Shown in pieces: positions 30,674 through 40,226 of a stretch of 64,000 bases of DNA. How positions within the stretch are numbered: position 1 is the first letter of the stretch; each line of letters opens with the position of its first letter. The position numbers and the translations under genes were made by a program. Origin of the DNA: Methylophilaceae bacterium (GTDB lineage Bacteria; Pseudomonadota; Gammaproteobacteria; Burkholderiales; Methylophilaceae). The DNA is taken from assembly GCA_036479055.1 (NCBI GenBank), contig JAZGEZ010000026.1:11024-75023 (forward strand), given 5' to 3'. The notes below the pieces were generated by a model that saw only the letters and a list, made by a program, of their open reading frames with translations, did no database searches and was not told the origin of the DNA.

Positions 30674-31450
30674 ATGCATAACGATCAATCGAGTTATTCT
30701 CGCTGGAGTTGGATTATTGCGTTAATTCTTGCCTTAATCCTATTATGGATGTACCTCACAGGCAAAGGCCCTAGTAGTGCTTGCTGTAACGTAGCTGAGG
30801 TGGCAGCACCTACTGCCGAAGTCATGCCTATGGATATGGAAGAGGCGCCAGTCGTGACCGAAGCATTTAGCTTCGCAGCAACTGAAAATGATTTCACAAG
30901 CAACGGAGATGCGAGCAACATCACTTGGGCTGGTGATGACATAGACGCGCTTAAAGCTTTACTGATGGGTGGCATTAATGCTAAAGGTGATGAGACTTCA
31001 GTTTTGCTTACAGGGACCGTAAGCACTGAGGACATTAAGCAGCAGAAAGGCTTAGACGCGCAAGCTTTCTTTGGCCCCGATGCTACTATTGACAATCAAA
31101 TCACTATCATGATGGAAGAGCCAACAGCTGTTGTTGCACCACCAGCAGCAAAGCTATACTTTAATACAGGGGTGCATAGACTGCCTGCTGACAGTGTTAA
31201 TACGCTAGATCCTGTCATTACTTGGCTTAACAACAACCCCGAGGCTAAAGCAATCATTTCTGGTTTTCATGACCCTACTGGCAACTTAGCTAGGAATCAA
31301 GAGCTGGCGAAGAAGCGTGCTGAATCAGCAAACAATGCACTCTTAAATGCAGGCATAGAAGCGGACAGAATAGAGATGCGCAAACCAGAAGTCACCGAGG
31401 GTGGTGGTGACTTAAGTGAAGCTAGACGTGTAGAAGTCTCTATTGAATAA
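30674..31450 (+). CDS. OmpA-family peptidoglycan-binding protein with an N-terminal TM anchor
   Basis: The C-terminal block GFHDPTGNLARNQELAKKRAESANNAL ... RRVEVSIE is OmpA_C-like. The N-terminal TM segment is WSWIIALILALILLWMYL. Confidence 0.7.
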   Translation: MHNDQSSYSRWSWIIALILALILLWMYLTGKGPSSACCNVAEVAAPTAEVMPMDMEEAPVVTEAFSFAATENDFTSNGDASNITWAGDDIDALKALLMGGINAKGDETSVLLTGTVSTEDIKQQKGLDAQAFFGPDATIDNQITIMMEEPTAVVAPPAAKLYFNTGVHRLPADSVNTLDPVITWLNNNPEAKAIISGFHDPTGNLARNQELAKKRAESANNALLNAGIEADRIEMRKPEVTEGGGDLSEARRVEVSIE

Positions 31451-31477
31451 CATCTCGTAGATAAAGACACCTACAAT

Positions 31478-31508
31478 AAAAAAGCCGATAGTGATATCGG
31501 CTTTTTTT
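31478..31508. terminator. Bidirectional rho-independent terminator between the OmpA-like gene and pilU
   Basis: GCCGATA-GTGA-TATCGGC hairpin flanked by A6 and T7. Lies between convergent genes. Confidence 0.75.
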
Positions 31509-31520
31509 ATTCAAAACTAT

Positions 31521-32657
31521 CTAAACCATTCCTAGGTTATCCAACCCAGAGGAGACCTCTTTGCCCTTAGCTAAATTGCTTTCTAGTTTAAACTTCAGTC
31601 TTAGGTCATTCACAGAATCAGCATTACGCAGCGCATCTTCATAACTAACCTTACCCTCTTCATGCAAATCGAATAAAGCCTGATCAAACGTTTGCATCCC
31701 TATTTCTCTTGAGCGGCTGATAATAGATTTAATTTCATGCACATCACCTTTAAAGATCAGATCTGCAATCAACGGGGAATTCAACATAATTTCAATGGCT
31801 GCCACCCTACCAATACCATCAATTTTAGGAATTAGTCTTTGCGAAATAAAAGCACGCACATTCAAAGATAGATCCATCAATAACTGTTGCCGGCGCTCTT
31901 CGGGGAAAAAGTTAATAATACGGTCTAGTGCTTGATTCGTGCTATTTGCGTGTAACGTAGACATACACAAGTGTCCGGTTTCAGCAAAGGCTACTGCATA
32001 GTCCATTGTTTCTCTATCCCGTATTTCACCAATCAGAATAACATCGGGCGCTTGCCTAAGTGTATTCTTTAATGCAATGTGCCAGTTATCGGTATCCACA
32101 CCGATTTCTCGTTGTGTAATCACACAGTTTTTATGCTCATGCATAAACTCAACTGGGTCTTCAATCGTAATAATATGCCCATAGCTATTTTCATTACGAT
32201 AACCAACCATCGCTGCCAATGTAGTAGACTTCCCTGAGCCTGTGCCGCCGACTAATATAACCAGGCCTCGCTTTGTCATCGCAATATCTTTTACCACTTC
32301 GGGCAAACCCAGCTCATCTATCGAAGGAATTTTAGAGGTGATTGTTCTAAATACTAAGCCAACAGAACCACGTTGTATAAACGCGTTAACGCGGAAACGG
32401 GCAGTATTTGGAATGCCGATAGCAAAATTACATTCATTAGTCCCATCAAACTCAGCCGCTTGTTTGTCATTCATGATAGAGCGGCCTATTTCTCGTGCTT
32501 GTTGTGCTGTTAGCACTTGAGCGTTAACGGGCGTCACCTTGCCATCGATTTTCATCGCTGGTGGAAACCCTGCTGTAATAAACAGATCTGATGCTTTTTT
32601 CCCTATCATCAGCCTCAGCAAATCAAATACAAATTTTTCTGCCTGTCCTTTTTCCAT
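31521..32657 (-). CDS. pilU: Type IV pilus retraction ATPase PilU
   Basis: 378 aa. Walker A GGTGSGKST. Clear similarity to the adjacent PilT. Downstream position as in Pseudomonas pilT-pilU. Confidence 0.85.
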   Translation of the reverse strand: MEKGQAEKFVFDLLRLMIGKKASDLFITAGFPPAMKIDGKVTPVNAQVLTAQQAREIGRSIMNDKQAAEFDGTNECNFAIGIPNTARFRVNAFIQRGSVGLVFRTITSKIPSIDELGLPEVVKDIAMTKRGLVILVGGTGSGKSTTLAAMVGYRNENSYGHIITIEDPVEFMHEHKNCVITQREIGVDTDNWHIALKNTLRQAPDVILIGEIRDRETMDYAVAFAETGHLCMSTLHANSTNQALDRIINFFPEERRQQLLMDLSLNVRAFISQRLIPKIDGIGRVAAIEIMLNSPLIADLIFKGDVHEIKSIISRSREIGMQTFDQALFDLHEEGKVSYEDALRNADSVNDLRLKFKLESNLAKGKEVSSGLDNLGMV

Positions 32658-32672
32658 CTACAATCCTAACTT

Positions 32673-33716
32673 TTATCCTGTAATAGTATCTTTATTTGCC
32701 GCTTTTCCTCGTGCCTCCGCAACAGAAATAATATTGCGTCTAACTAAATCTTGCAGATTCTGGTCCAACGTCTGCATGCCAATATTTTGTCCTGTTTGGA
32801 TAGCTGAGTACATTTGTGCTACTTTGTTTTCACGGATCAAGTTACGAATGGCTGGCGTACCAATCATAATCTCATGTGCAGCAACACGGCCTTGCTCATC
32901 TTTCGTTTTACAAAGCGTTTGTGAAATAACTGAGCGTAGAGACTCAGACAACATTGAACGTACCATTTCTTTTTCTGCCGCCGGGAACACATCCACAATA
33001 CGGTCTACCGTTTTTGCCGCCGAACTCGTATGCAACGTACCAAACACCAGATGTCCTGTTTCCGCCGCCGTCAGTGCCAAACGAATTGTTTCAAGATCCC
33101 GCATCTCACCCACAAGAATCACGTCAGGATCTTCACGTAATGCTGAGCGCAGTGCATTCTGAAAAGACAACGTGTGCGGCCCTACTTCACGTTGATTAAT
33201 GAGAGATTTTTTAGACTGATGTACAAATTCAATCGGGTCCTCTACCGTTAAGATATGCCCCATTTCATTCTCATTAATATAATCAACCATTGCTGCCAAT
33301 GTAGTCGATTTACCAGAGCCAGTAGGCCCTGTTACCAATACAATGCCACGAGGTGTTTCAGCAATCTCCTTAAAAATTGGAGGGCAGCTAAGCTCTTCAA
33401 GAGTCAGAATTTTAGATGGGATCGTCCGAAAAACGGCGCCAGAACCACGCTGGTGGTTGAAGGCGTTGACACGAAAACGTGCAAGATTGGGGATTTCAAA
33501 CGAAAAGTCACATTCTAGCGTTTCTTCATACACTTTACGTTGCCCATCATTCATGATGTCATACACCATGTCATGTACCTCCGCATGTTCCATGGTAGGG
33601 ACATTAATTTTACGCACATCACCATGGACGCGAATCATTGGTGGCATCCCTGCAGAAAGATGCAAATCTGAGGCTTTATTTTTTACTGAAAAGGCAAGTA
33701 AATCTGAAATATCCAC
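32673..33716 (-). CDS. pilT: Type IV pilus twitching motility ATPase PilT
   Basis: 347 aa. ASDLHLSAGMPPMIRVHGD, GPTGSGKSTTLAAM and AHEIMIGTPAIRNLIRE blocks. Confidence 0.92.
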   Translation of the reverse strand: MDISDLLAFSVKNKASDLHLSAGMPPMIRVHGDVRKINVPTMEHAEVHDMVYDIMNDGQRKVYEETLECDFSFEIPNLARFRVNAFNHQRGSGAVFRTIPSKILTLEELSCPPIFKEIAETPRGIVLVTGPTGSGKSTTLAAMVDYINENEMGHILTVEDPIEFVHQSKKSLINQREVGPHTLSFQNALRSALREDPDVILVGEMRDLETIRLALTAAETGHLVFGTLHTSSAAKTVDRIVDVFPAAEKEMVRSMLSESLRSVISQTLCKTKDEQGRVAAHEIMIGTPAIRNLIRENKVAQMYSAIQTGQNIGMQTLDQNLQDLVRRNIISVAEARGKAANKDTITG

Positions 33717-33734
33717 TTTGAACTCCTGTTATAA

Positions 33735-33762
33735 TTTTTCACTTAAGATTTTTCACTTAAGA
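33735..33762. repeat. Exact 14-bp tandem direct repeat (TTTTTCACTTAAGA x2) in the pilT/yggS divergent intergenic region
   Basis: Read directly: 33735-33748 equals 33749-33762. A third, degenerate copy (TTCTTTAAGA) follows about 20 bp later. Confidence 0.9.
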
Positions 33763-33799
33763 CTTTACATAAAGTATATTCTTTAAGATCATTAATAAT

Positions 33800-34486
33800 A
33801 TGAACATAATTGCCAATTCCTTGCAAGCAATTCAGGCAAATATTCTTGAAGCCAAACTTGGTGCCAATCGCAAAGATGATGTACAGCTACTGGCAGTAAG
33901 CAAAGCGCAAGGTGCTGAAAAGCTTAGAGAAGCATACCTAGCAGGCCAACTTGCTTTTGGAGAAAACTACGTACAGGAAGCCATTAGCAAACAAATGTTG
34001 TTGGAAGATTGCAACATAGAATGGCATTTTATCGGTCCAATTCAAAGCAATAAAACACAATTGATTGCTCAACATTTCAATTGGGTACACTCAGTTGACC
34101 GCCTTAAAATTGCACAGCGCTTATCAAGTGCTAGATCAAATAGATTGCCGCCACTTAATATCTGCATTCAAATCAATAGCAGCAATGAAGGATCAAAAAG
34201 TGGTGTTCAAACAAAAGCATTAGAAGATTTGGCGCTGGCGGTTACTGAACTACCAAATCTAACATTTAGAGGGCTTATGTCAATTCCAGCCGCGACAAAA
34301 GACATTGCAAAACAACACACACAATTTAAAATAGTTAAGGATACTTATACACAGCTTAGGGAAAATGGATTCGCAATCGACACCTTGTCGATTGGCATGT
34401 CAAATGACTATGTGGCAGCAATCGCAGAAGGTGCTACCATAGTACGAATAGGATCCGCCATATTTGGTGCGCGCACTAGAACTTAA
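33800..34486 (+). CDS. yggS: PLP homeostasis protein YggS
   Basis: LLAVSKAQGAEKLREAY..GENYVQE and HFIGPIQSNK motifs. Confidence 0.9.
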   Translation: MNIIANSLQAIQANILEAKLGANRKDDVQLLAVSKAQGAEKLREAYLAGQLAFGENYVQEAISKQMLLEDCNIEWHFIGPIQSNKTQLIAQHFNWVHSVDRLKIAQRLSSARSNRLPPLNICIQINSSNEGSKSGVQTKALEDLALAVTELPNLTFRGLMSIPAATKDIAKQHTQFKIVKDTYTQLRENGFAIDTLSIGMSNDYVAAIAEGATIVRIGSAIFGARTRT

Positions 34487-34521
34487 CAGACTAAACCTTA
34501 AAAAATAATGAGCTATTCATC

Positions 34522-35337
34522 ATGAAATTAGTATTTATTGGCGGCGGCAACATGGCACAAGCGCTACTAGCAGGGCTTCAAAATCAGCAATTTCTGATGT
34601 CTGAGATTACTGTCGTTGAGCGTGATGCAGATAAACGAAATCATTTAACGCAGAAATTTGGTGTGCTTACTAACGGCGCATTAGAAGATGCTACAGGTTG
34701 CGAAACAATTGTATTGGCCGTTAAACCACAACAGCTCCCAGCTGTTGCAGCCGCTATTGCACCTATATTAGACCATCAATTGATTATCTCAATTGCTGCG
34801 GGCATAAGGGTCAAAGACCTAAGCGCATGGCTAAATAACTATCAAACTATTGTAAGAGCGATGCCAAACACCCCCGCGCAAATCCAAGCAGGCATTTCTG
34901 GTTTATATGCCGCACCCAGTGTTTCTAACACACAAAGAACCATTGCCAATACAATATTATCTGCAGCTGGTAAAACACTTTGGGTGGGTAATGAAGAAAA
35001 ATTAGATGCGGTTACTGCAATATCTGGCAGTGGTCCAGCTTATGTATTTTATTTCATCGAGGCGTTAAAAGAAGCCGCATGCGCACTTGGATTAAGTGAC
35101 GCAGATGCTACAGAATTAAGTATAACCACTTTTAAAGGCGCAAGTTTATTAGCCGACATGCGTGAAACAACTGTACAGACTTTACGAGAACAGGTAACGT
35201 CCAAAGGTGGCACCACGGAACAAGGCCTGAGCAGTTTGGCGGACTCCAAGGTCAAAGAGGCCATTACACTTGCCGCCAAAAAAGCGCATAGGCGCGCAAA
35301 ATCACTCGGTGATGAGCTAGGCGGCATTAACAAATAG
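34522..35337 (+). CDS. proC: Pyrroline-5-carboxylate reductase
   Basis: FIGGGNMAQALLAGL Rossmann motif and C-terminal SKGGTTEQGL. Confidence 0.9.
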   Translation: MKLVFIGGGNMAQALLAGLQNQQFLMSEITVVERDADKRNHLTQKFGVLTNGALEDATGCETIVLAVKPQQLPAVAAAIAPILDHQLIISIAAGIRVKDLSAWLNNYQTIVRAMPNTPAQIQAGISGLYAAPSVSNTQRTIANTILSAAGKTLWVGNEEKLDAVTAISGSGPAYVFYFIEALKEAACALGLSDADATELSITTFKGASLLADMRETTVQTLREQVTSKGGTTEQGLSSLADSKVKEAITLAAKKAHRRAKSLGDELGGINK

Positions 35338-35362
35338 ACCATAACTTTAGGGTTAAATTTAC

Positions 35363-35938
35363 ATGATTTCAAGCGCAGTTCACTTTCTACTTCAAACAGT
35401 TCTTAATATATTAACGATGATGTTTTTAGTGCGTTTCTTAATGCAGGCATTTAAAACACCCTTTCACAATCCCATCGGCCAAATCGTTATTGCTTTAACA
35501 GATTTTGCTGTAAAACCTATACGTAGATTTATCCCTAGCTGGAAAAAAACAGATTTATCTACATTATTACTCGCATTGATGACGCAGTTAATCCTTCAAT
35601 TTTTATTGCTTTGGTTACGCGGATTCCCATTTGCAGTTGCTGATGCGCCTATTTGGTCCAGTATTTTTGGTTTAGGTCTACTTGGGGTAGTACGCACCAT
35701 ATTTGATGTGTTTTTCTATGCTATTTTCCTACATGTTATTTTAAGCTGGGTGAATCCTAATACCGCAATCACGCCAGTATTGAACAGCTTGACGCGTCCA
35801 ATACTTGCCCCTATTCAAAAGCTGGTTCCTGCCATAGGCGGCATCGATTTTTCACCTTTTATCGCAATCATTTTATTGCAAATGCTCAATATTTCAGTTT
35901 TTTCTACCTTAGAAAAAAGTATTTTATCGGGTTTCTAA
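35363..35938 (+). CDS. yggT: YggT family membrane protein
   Basis: 191 aa with a duplicated YggT unit (IRRFIPSW..DLS; ILAPIQKLVPAIGGIDFSP). Confidence 0.8.
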   Translation: MISSAVHFLLQTVLNILTMMFLVRFLMQAFKTPFHNPIGQIVIALTDFAVKPIRRFIPSWKKTDLSTLLLALMTQLILQFLLLWLRGFPFAVADAPIWSSIFGLGLLGVVRTIFDVFFYAIFLHVILSWVNPNTAITPVLNSLTRPILAPIQKLVPAIGGIDFSPFIAIILLQMLNISVFSTLEKSILSGF

Positions 35939-35996
35939 CTATTTTTATGTATGCCCCCACATCAACCTATATACAGTTACGATATATAATAAACCC

Positions 35997-38021
35997 ATGA
36001 AGAATTCACCATTAGTCACTAAAATTAATGAATATCAAGTTTGGCGTGCAGCCTTAGGTAAAACAATTGCCGACTATCGTGATTGGTTGGCCACTAGCCC
36101 TCATAATGACAGTGTAAAGGAGCTCCGTCTTCATGACATGCTTGAAACGCTTAAGCACGATCAGCTTATCATCACATTTTTAGCTGATGAAGCACGCGGT
36201 AAAACTGAAACGATTAATGCCTTATTCTTCCCCGACCTTGAGCTTCGTTTATTCCCTTCTGACTTAAACAAAGGCTCTATGTGTTCTACAGAAATTTACT
36301 GGCATGAAACTGAGGAGCCGTCAGTCAAGTTATTACCCATCAGTACGCGTAGCACAGAAGACACTTTGGCCTACCTTAAAGCCACACCTAATGTTTGGGA
36401 AACATATAAATTAAACCTAGACTCTCTAGAAGAAATGCAAGCAACCCTAAATAAGCTAACAGAAAAATTAGAAGTCACAGAAAGTGAAGCCATTGGCCTT
36501 GGCTTATGGGACCCTAATGACAAATTGATGGCTGAGTCTCTAGAAAAAACAGGCTTCATTAAAGTGCCTGTTTGGCGCCATGCCGTGATTAACTATCCGC
36601 ACCCAGCATTAAAAAGTGGATTGGTTATTATCGACACGCCAAACCTAGACAAACTAAACTCAGAACCTGAGCTCACACTTAATATGATTCCCAACACACA
36701 TGCTGCCGTATTTTTAACGGCTGCAGATTCAGTAGCGACAATCAATGATCTAACTATCTGGAATGAGTTCATTAAAAACAGAACTAAACATAAATTTGTT
36801 TTGCTTAATAAGATCGATGTTTTATCAGACAAACCAAAACTAAAACAAGACTTAGTGAATGACATTGATAGACTAGTGAATGTCACTGCACATAAACTAG
36901 CAGCATCACCTGACATCGTATTTCCTATTTCTGCCCAACAAGCCTTAAGTGCTAAAACCAGTAATAATGAACAGTTATTGGAAGAAAGCCGAATTCTTTT
37001 ATTTGAGGAAGCCTTGGGTAACCACCTCGTCCAATCTAAACATGAAATATTAGGCAAATCTATTGCAGCAGAATGCAATGTAATGATCAAAAGTTCTCGT
37101 AAAGCTATTCAGCTACGAAGATTGAGTATGGAAGCGCAAATTGCTGAGTTAAAAGAGTTGAAAGGTCATAATATTAACGAATCTGAGCAAATATTGAAAA
37201 AGGTCATTGCCGAGAAAAAACGTTATGAAGCTTCCATCCCAACATTTAACCTAGCAAATGAAAAAATTTCAAAGCTTGGCAATGAACTCCTTAAGCATTT
37301 AAGTGTTGCTTATTTGGATTCATCTATCGGACAAAGTCGCAAGGAAATTGGGGATAGCTGGACCACCGTTGGTTTAAATAAAGGGATTAGAAATGTGATG
37401 AAGCAAGCCAATGAACTTGCCGACTTCGTAACGCTCGAGAGTGAAAAAATTAAAAACCTAGCTGATAACGTTTATGACATATTCCATTCAAAACATGGAT
37501 TTGAAATATTTGAAGCGCCAGATTTAGACATGTCTGATTTTCTGAGTAATATGCGCGAACTGGTGATGGTGACTGACAGCTTCTGTAAAAACCCAATCAA
37601 CCTCATGACTGAAAAACATTTTCTTGTGCGTAAGTTTTTCTTAGGGTTGGGCACACAAAAACAAAAAATATTTGAGCAAGCACGAAAGGAATGTGAGCTT
37701 TGGCTTCTTAACGTACTTAGCACATTAAAAGTCCAGATGTCTGAGCATAAATCCACGTTAGCAGAACGCACTAAAAACTTAATGGAAGCAAACGATAGCA
37801 CTAAAGCCCTCGACAACCAGCTAAAAAAGATCGAAATACAATTTGCAATGCTATCAAAAGAAAGTCAAGCAATAGACCGGATGCTGCTGCATATTGTCAC
37901 GACAATGCAGCCAGCAAAAAAAGCGAAGTTCGTAGACGAAAATGATTTGAATGCTGACGAGCCCATGCATCTAAAATTCTCATTGCCTACAAACAATAAT
38001 ACGGGGTCCACATCCGCTTAA
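35997..38021 (+). CDS. Dynamin-family (bacterial dynamin-like) protein with non-canonical G1 and G3 motifs
   Basis: 674 aa. G1-like ADEARGKT at residues 63-70, then about 140 aa later VIIDTPNL (G3-like), then AAVFLTAAD...FVLLNKIDVL (G4, NKxD). This spacing and block order are typical of BDLP/LeoA-type proteins. The C-terminal half looks long and helical. Confidence 0.7.
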   Translation: MKNSPLVTKINEYQVWRAALGKTIADYRDWLATSPHNDSVKELRLHDMLETLKHDQLIITFLADEARGKTETINALFFPDLELRLFPSDLNKGSMCSTEIYWHETEEPSVKLLPISTRSTEDTLAYLKATPNVWETYKLNLDSLEEMQATLNKLTEKLEVTESEAIGLGLWDPNDKLMAESLEKTGFIKVPVWRHAVINYPHPALKSGLVIIDTPNLDKLNSEPELTLNMIPNTHAAVFLTAADSVATINDLTIWNEFIKNRTKHKFVLLNKIDVLSDKPKLKQDLVNDIDRLVNVTAHKLAASPDIVFPISAQQALSAKTSNNEQLLEESRILLFEEALGNHLVQSKHEILGKSIAAECNVMIKSSRKAIQLRRLSMEAQIAELKELKGHNINESEQILKKVIAEKKRYEASIPTFNLANEKISKLGNELLKHLSVAYLDSSIGQSRKEIGDSWTTVGLNKGIRNVMKQANELADFVTLESEKIKNLADNVYDIFHSKHGFEIFEAPDLDMSDFLSNMRELVMVTDSFCKNPINLMTEKHFLVRKFFLGLGTQKQKIFEQARKECELWLLNVLSTLKVQMSEHKSTLAERTKNLMEANDSTKALDNQLKKIEIQFAMLSKESQAIDRMLLHIVTTMQPAKKAKFVDENDLNADEPMHLKFSLPTNNNTGSTSA

Positions 38022-38030
38022 CTTTTTTTA

Positions 38031-39491
38031 TCAACACCAAACGACATCATAGGCCTCACGCGGATACTGGCTATCGGTTTGTAGCGCTATGCGTGTATTA
38101 ATAAAGTCTGATAAATTCGCAAGATTTTGTGACTCTTCATCCTGAAGTAGGCTAATAACGCTTGGCGAGGCAATCACCTTAAACTCCTTTGCTTCATATT
38201 GCTTCGATTCACGCAATAATTCGCGCATAATTTCATAGGCAATCGTCTGGGCGGTCTTATATTCTCCTCTGCCTTGACACACATCACAGGGCTCACATAA
38301 TAAATGCGCAAGGCTTTCACGCGTACGCTTACGTGTCATTTCGACCAAACCCAGCTGTGTAAAGCCGTTCACGTTTGTGCGCGCACGATCCACCCCAACA
38401 GATTTTTCCAATTCTTCTAATACTTTTTCTCGCTGAGGAACTTCATCCATATCAATAAAATCAATAATGATAATCCCACCTAAATTACGCAATCTCAATT
38501 GTTGTGCAATGCTATGCGCAGCTTCTAAGTTAGTCTTAAAAATAGTGTCCGATAGGTTTTTTCCACTAACGAAACTACCTGTATTCACATCAACCGTAGT
38601 GAGCGCTTCCGTTTGGTCAAAGATTAAATATCCGCCTGATTTAAGTTCTACCTTGCGCAAAAAAGCAAGCTCAAATTCCTTTTCAATGTTATAGAAATCA
38701 AAGATTGGTCGCTTACCTTGATAATGACTTAAAGGTTTAAGTGCATTCAACACATACAACTCAGCAAACTCTTTCATTAATAGGTAGGTCTCTTTTGAAT
38801 CAACCCGTATGCTGGCCGTATTCACATTAACGACATCTCGCAAAATGCGCCTAGGCAAGCTCAAATCATAAAAGATTAATGAGCGCTCAGTTGCCGTTTT
38901 ACTATCAGCCTGAATTTTTGCCCAAACTTTTTGTAAGTATTCAATATCAGATAACAACTCTTCATCTGTTGCGCTTTCAGACATGGTGCGAATAATGAAG
39001 CCCCCTTTTCTGTCATCAGGGAGCAGGCTTATTAAACGATTACGTAACAACTCACGCTCGCCCTCATCTTCAATGCGTTGCGATACACCAATATGATCTT
39101 GGTGTGGCAAGAACACCAGGAAACGACCTGCGATGCTAACTTCTGTCGTAAGGCGTGCGCCTTTAGTGCCGATAGGCTCTTTGATGACTTGCACAATAAC
39201 CAGCTGGCCTTCATGCAGAACCTCTTGTATCTGTTTCCCAGGAAGCGAGTCTTCTTTAGGTTGGCATTCTTTGATATCGGCTGCATGTAGAAAAGCGGCG
39301 CGCTGCAAACCCACCTCAATAAAAGCAGATTGCATCCCTGGCAACACGCGGCAGACTTTCCCAAAATAAAGGTTACCGACGATGCCTAAAGCTGAACTTC
39401 TCTCAATATGTAACTCTTGCGCAACGCCATGCTCTAAAACGGCTACACGTGTTTCTTGTGGCGTTACATTAATTAATATTTCTTGTCCCAA
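38031..39491 (-). CDS. rng: Ribonuclease G
   Basis: 486 aa. S1 domain (GNLYFGKVCRVLPGMQSAFIEVG) and the DFIDM catalytic block. Confidence 0.9.
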   Translation of the reverse strand: MGQEILINVTPQETRVAVLEHGVAQELHIERSSALGIVGNLYFGKVCRVLPGMQSAFIEVGLQRAAFLHAADIKECQPKEDSLPGKQIQEVLHEGQLVIVQVIKEPIGTKGARLTTEVSIAGRFLVFLPHQDHIGVSQRIEDEGERELLRNRLISLLPDDRKGGFIIRTMSESATDEELLSDIEYLQKVWAKIQADSKTATERSLIFYDLSLPRRILRDVVNVNTASIRVDSKETYLLMKEFAELYVLNALKPLSHYQGKRPIFDFYNIEKEFELAFLRKVELKSGGYLIFDQTEALTTVDVNTGSFVSGKNLSDTIFKTNLEAAHSIAQQLRLRNLGGIIIIDFIDMDEVPQREKVLEELEKSVGVDRARTNVNGFTQLGLVEMTRKRTRESLAHLLCEPCDVCQGRGEYKTAQTIAYEIMRELLRESKQYEAKEFKVIASPSVISLLQDEESQNLANLSDFINTRIALQTDSQYPREAYDVVWC

Positions 39492-39515
39492 TATTTAACT
39501 CTTTTAAAATTTATA

Positions 39516-40109
39516 TTATTTAGATGTAATTTTATTAATAAGTTGCACTGTTTCAAACAAAGGCAGACCCATCACGCCTGAATAGCTACCTTCTATATGT
39601 TTTACCCAAGCCGCCGCTCTACCTTGAATACCATATGCGCCTGCTTTGTCTCTGTGTTCTCCTGATGCAATATAAGCACTAATCATGTCAGATGTTAGCC
39701 GTGTCATCCGCACCTCTGTGGTGCTAAGCAAGACGTTTACGCTACCTCTTAACGTTGCAGCAACGGCAGTATGAACTTCGTGTTTTTTAGCTGACAGCTT
39801 CTTCAGCATCACGATTGCATCTGCATCATTTTCAGGCTTACCTAAAATCTCACCTTGTATACTGACTGTCGTATCTGCTGCCAACAATGTCAAATGTGAA
39901 TACTCGCGCTTCATACTATTGGCCGTAGTTAATGCCTTTTCCCTAGCGAGGCGCTTTACATAATCTTTAGGGGATTCATTTGGTAGCGCAGTCTCATCAA
40001 TATCCGCAGGTAATACGATGCAGTCTATCCCTACCTGTTTTAATAACTCTATACGACGTGGGCTTCTAGAAGCCAGTATGACCATTTGTGTGTTCTTTTT
40101 CGCTACCAT
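39516..40109 (-). CDS. maf: Maf-like nucleoside triphosphate pyrophosphatase
   Basis: ILASRSPRRIELL and AGAYGIQG motifs. Adjacent to rng. Confidence 0.9.
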   Translation of the reverse strand: MVAKKNTQMVILASRSPRRIELLKQVGIDCIVLPADIDETALPNESPKDYVKRLAREKALTTANSMKREYSHLTLLAADTTVSIQGEILGKPENDADAIVMLKKLSAKKHEVHTAVAATLRGSVNVLLSTTEVRMTRLTSDMISAYIASGEHRDKAGAYGIQGRAAAWVKHIEGSYSGVMGLPLFETVQLINKITSK

Positions 40110-40226
40110 GGCGATACTTTAATAGACTCTATGCTTATTGCCAAACACTTCTTTAACAACCTATGCTCCAGTCATTAATGTTGCTACAGATATACCAGCA
40201 TTGTTCAGCTTAGCGTAAAATAGTAT

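Noticed and set aside
32539-33162. 207-aa plus-strand ORF spanning the pilU/pilT junction
   Set aside because: It is antisense to two strongly recognisable ATPase genes. Its product is a low-complexity Ser/Ala/Arg/Cys-rich string with no motifs, typical of a shadow ORF.
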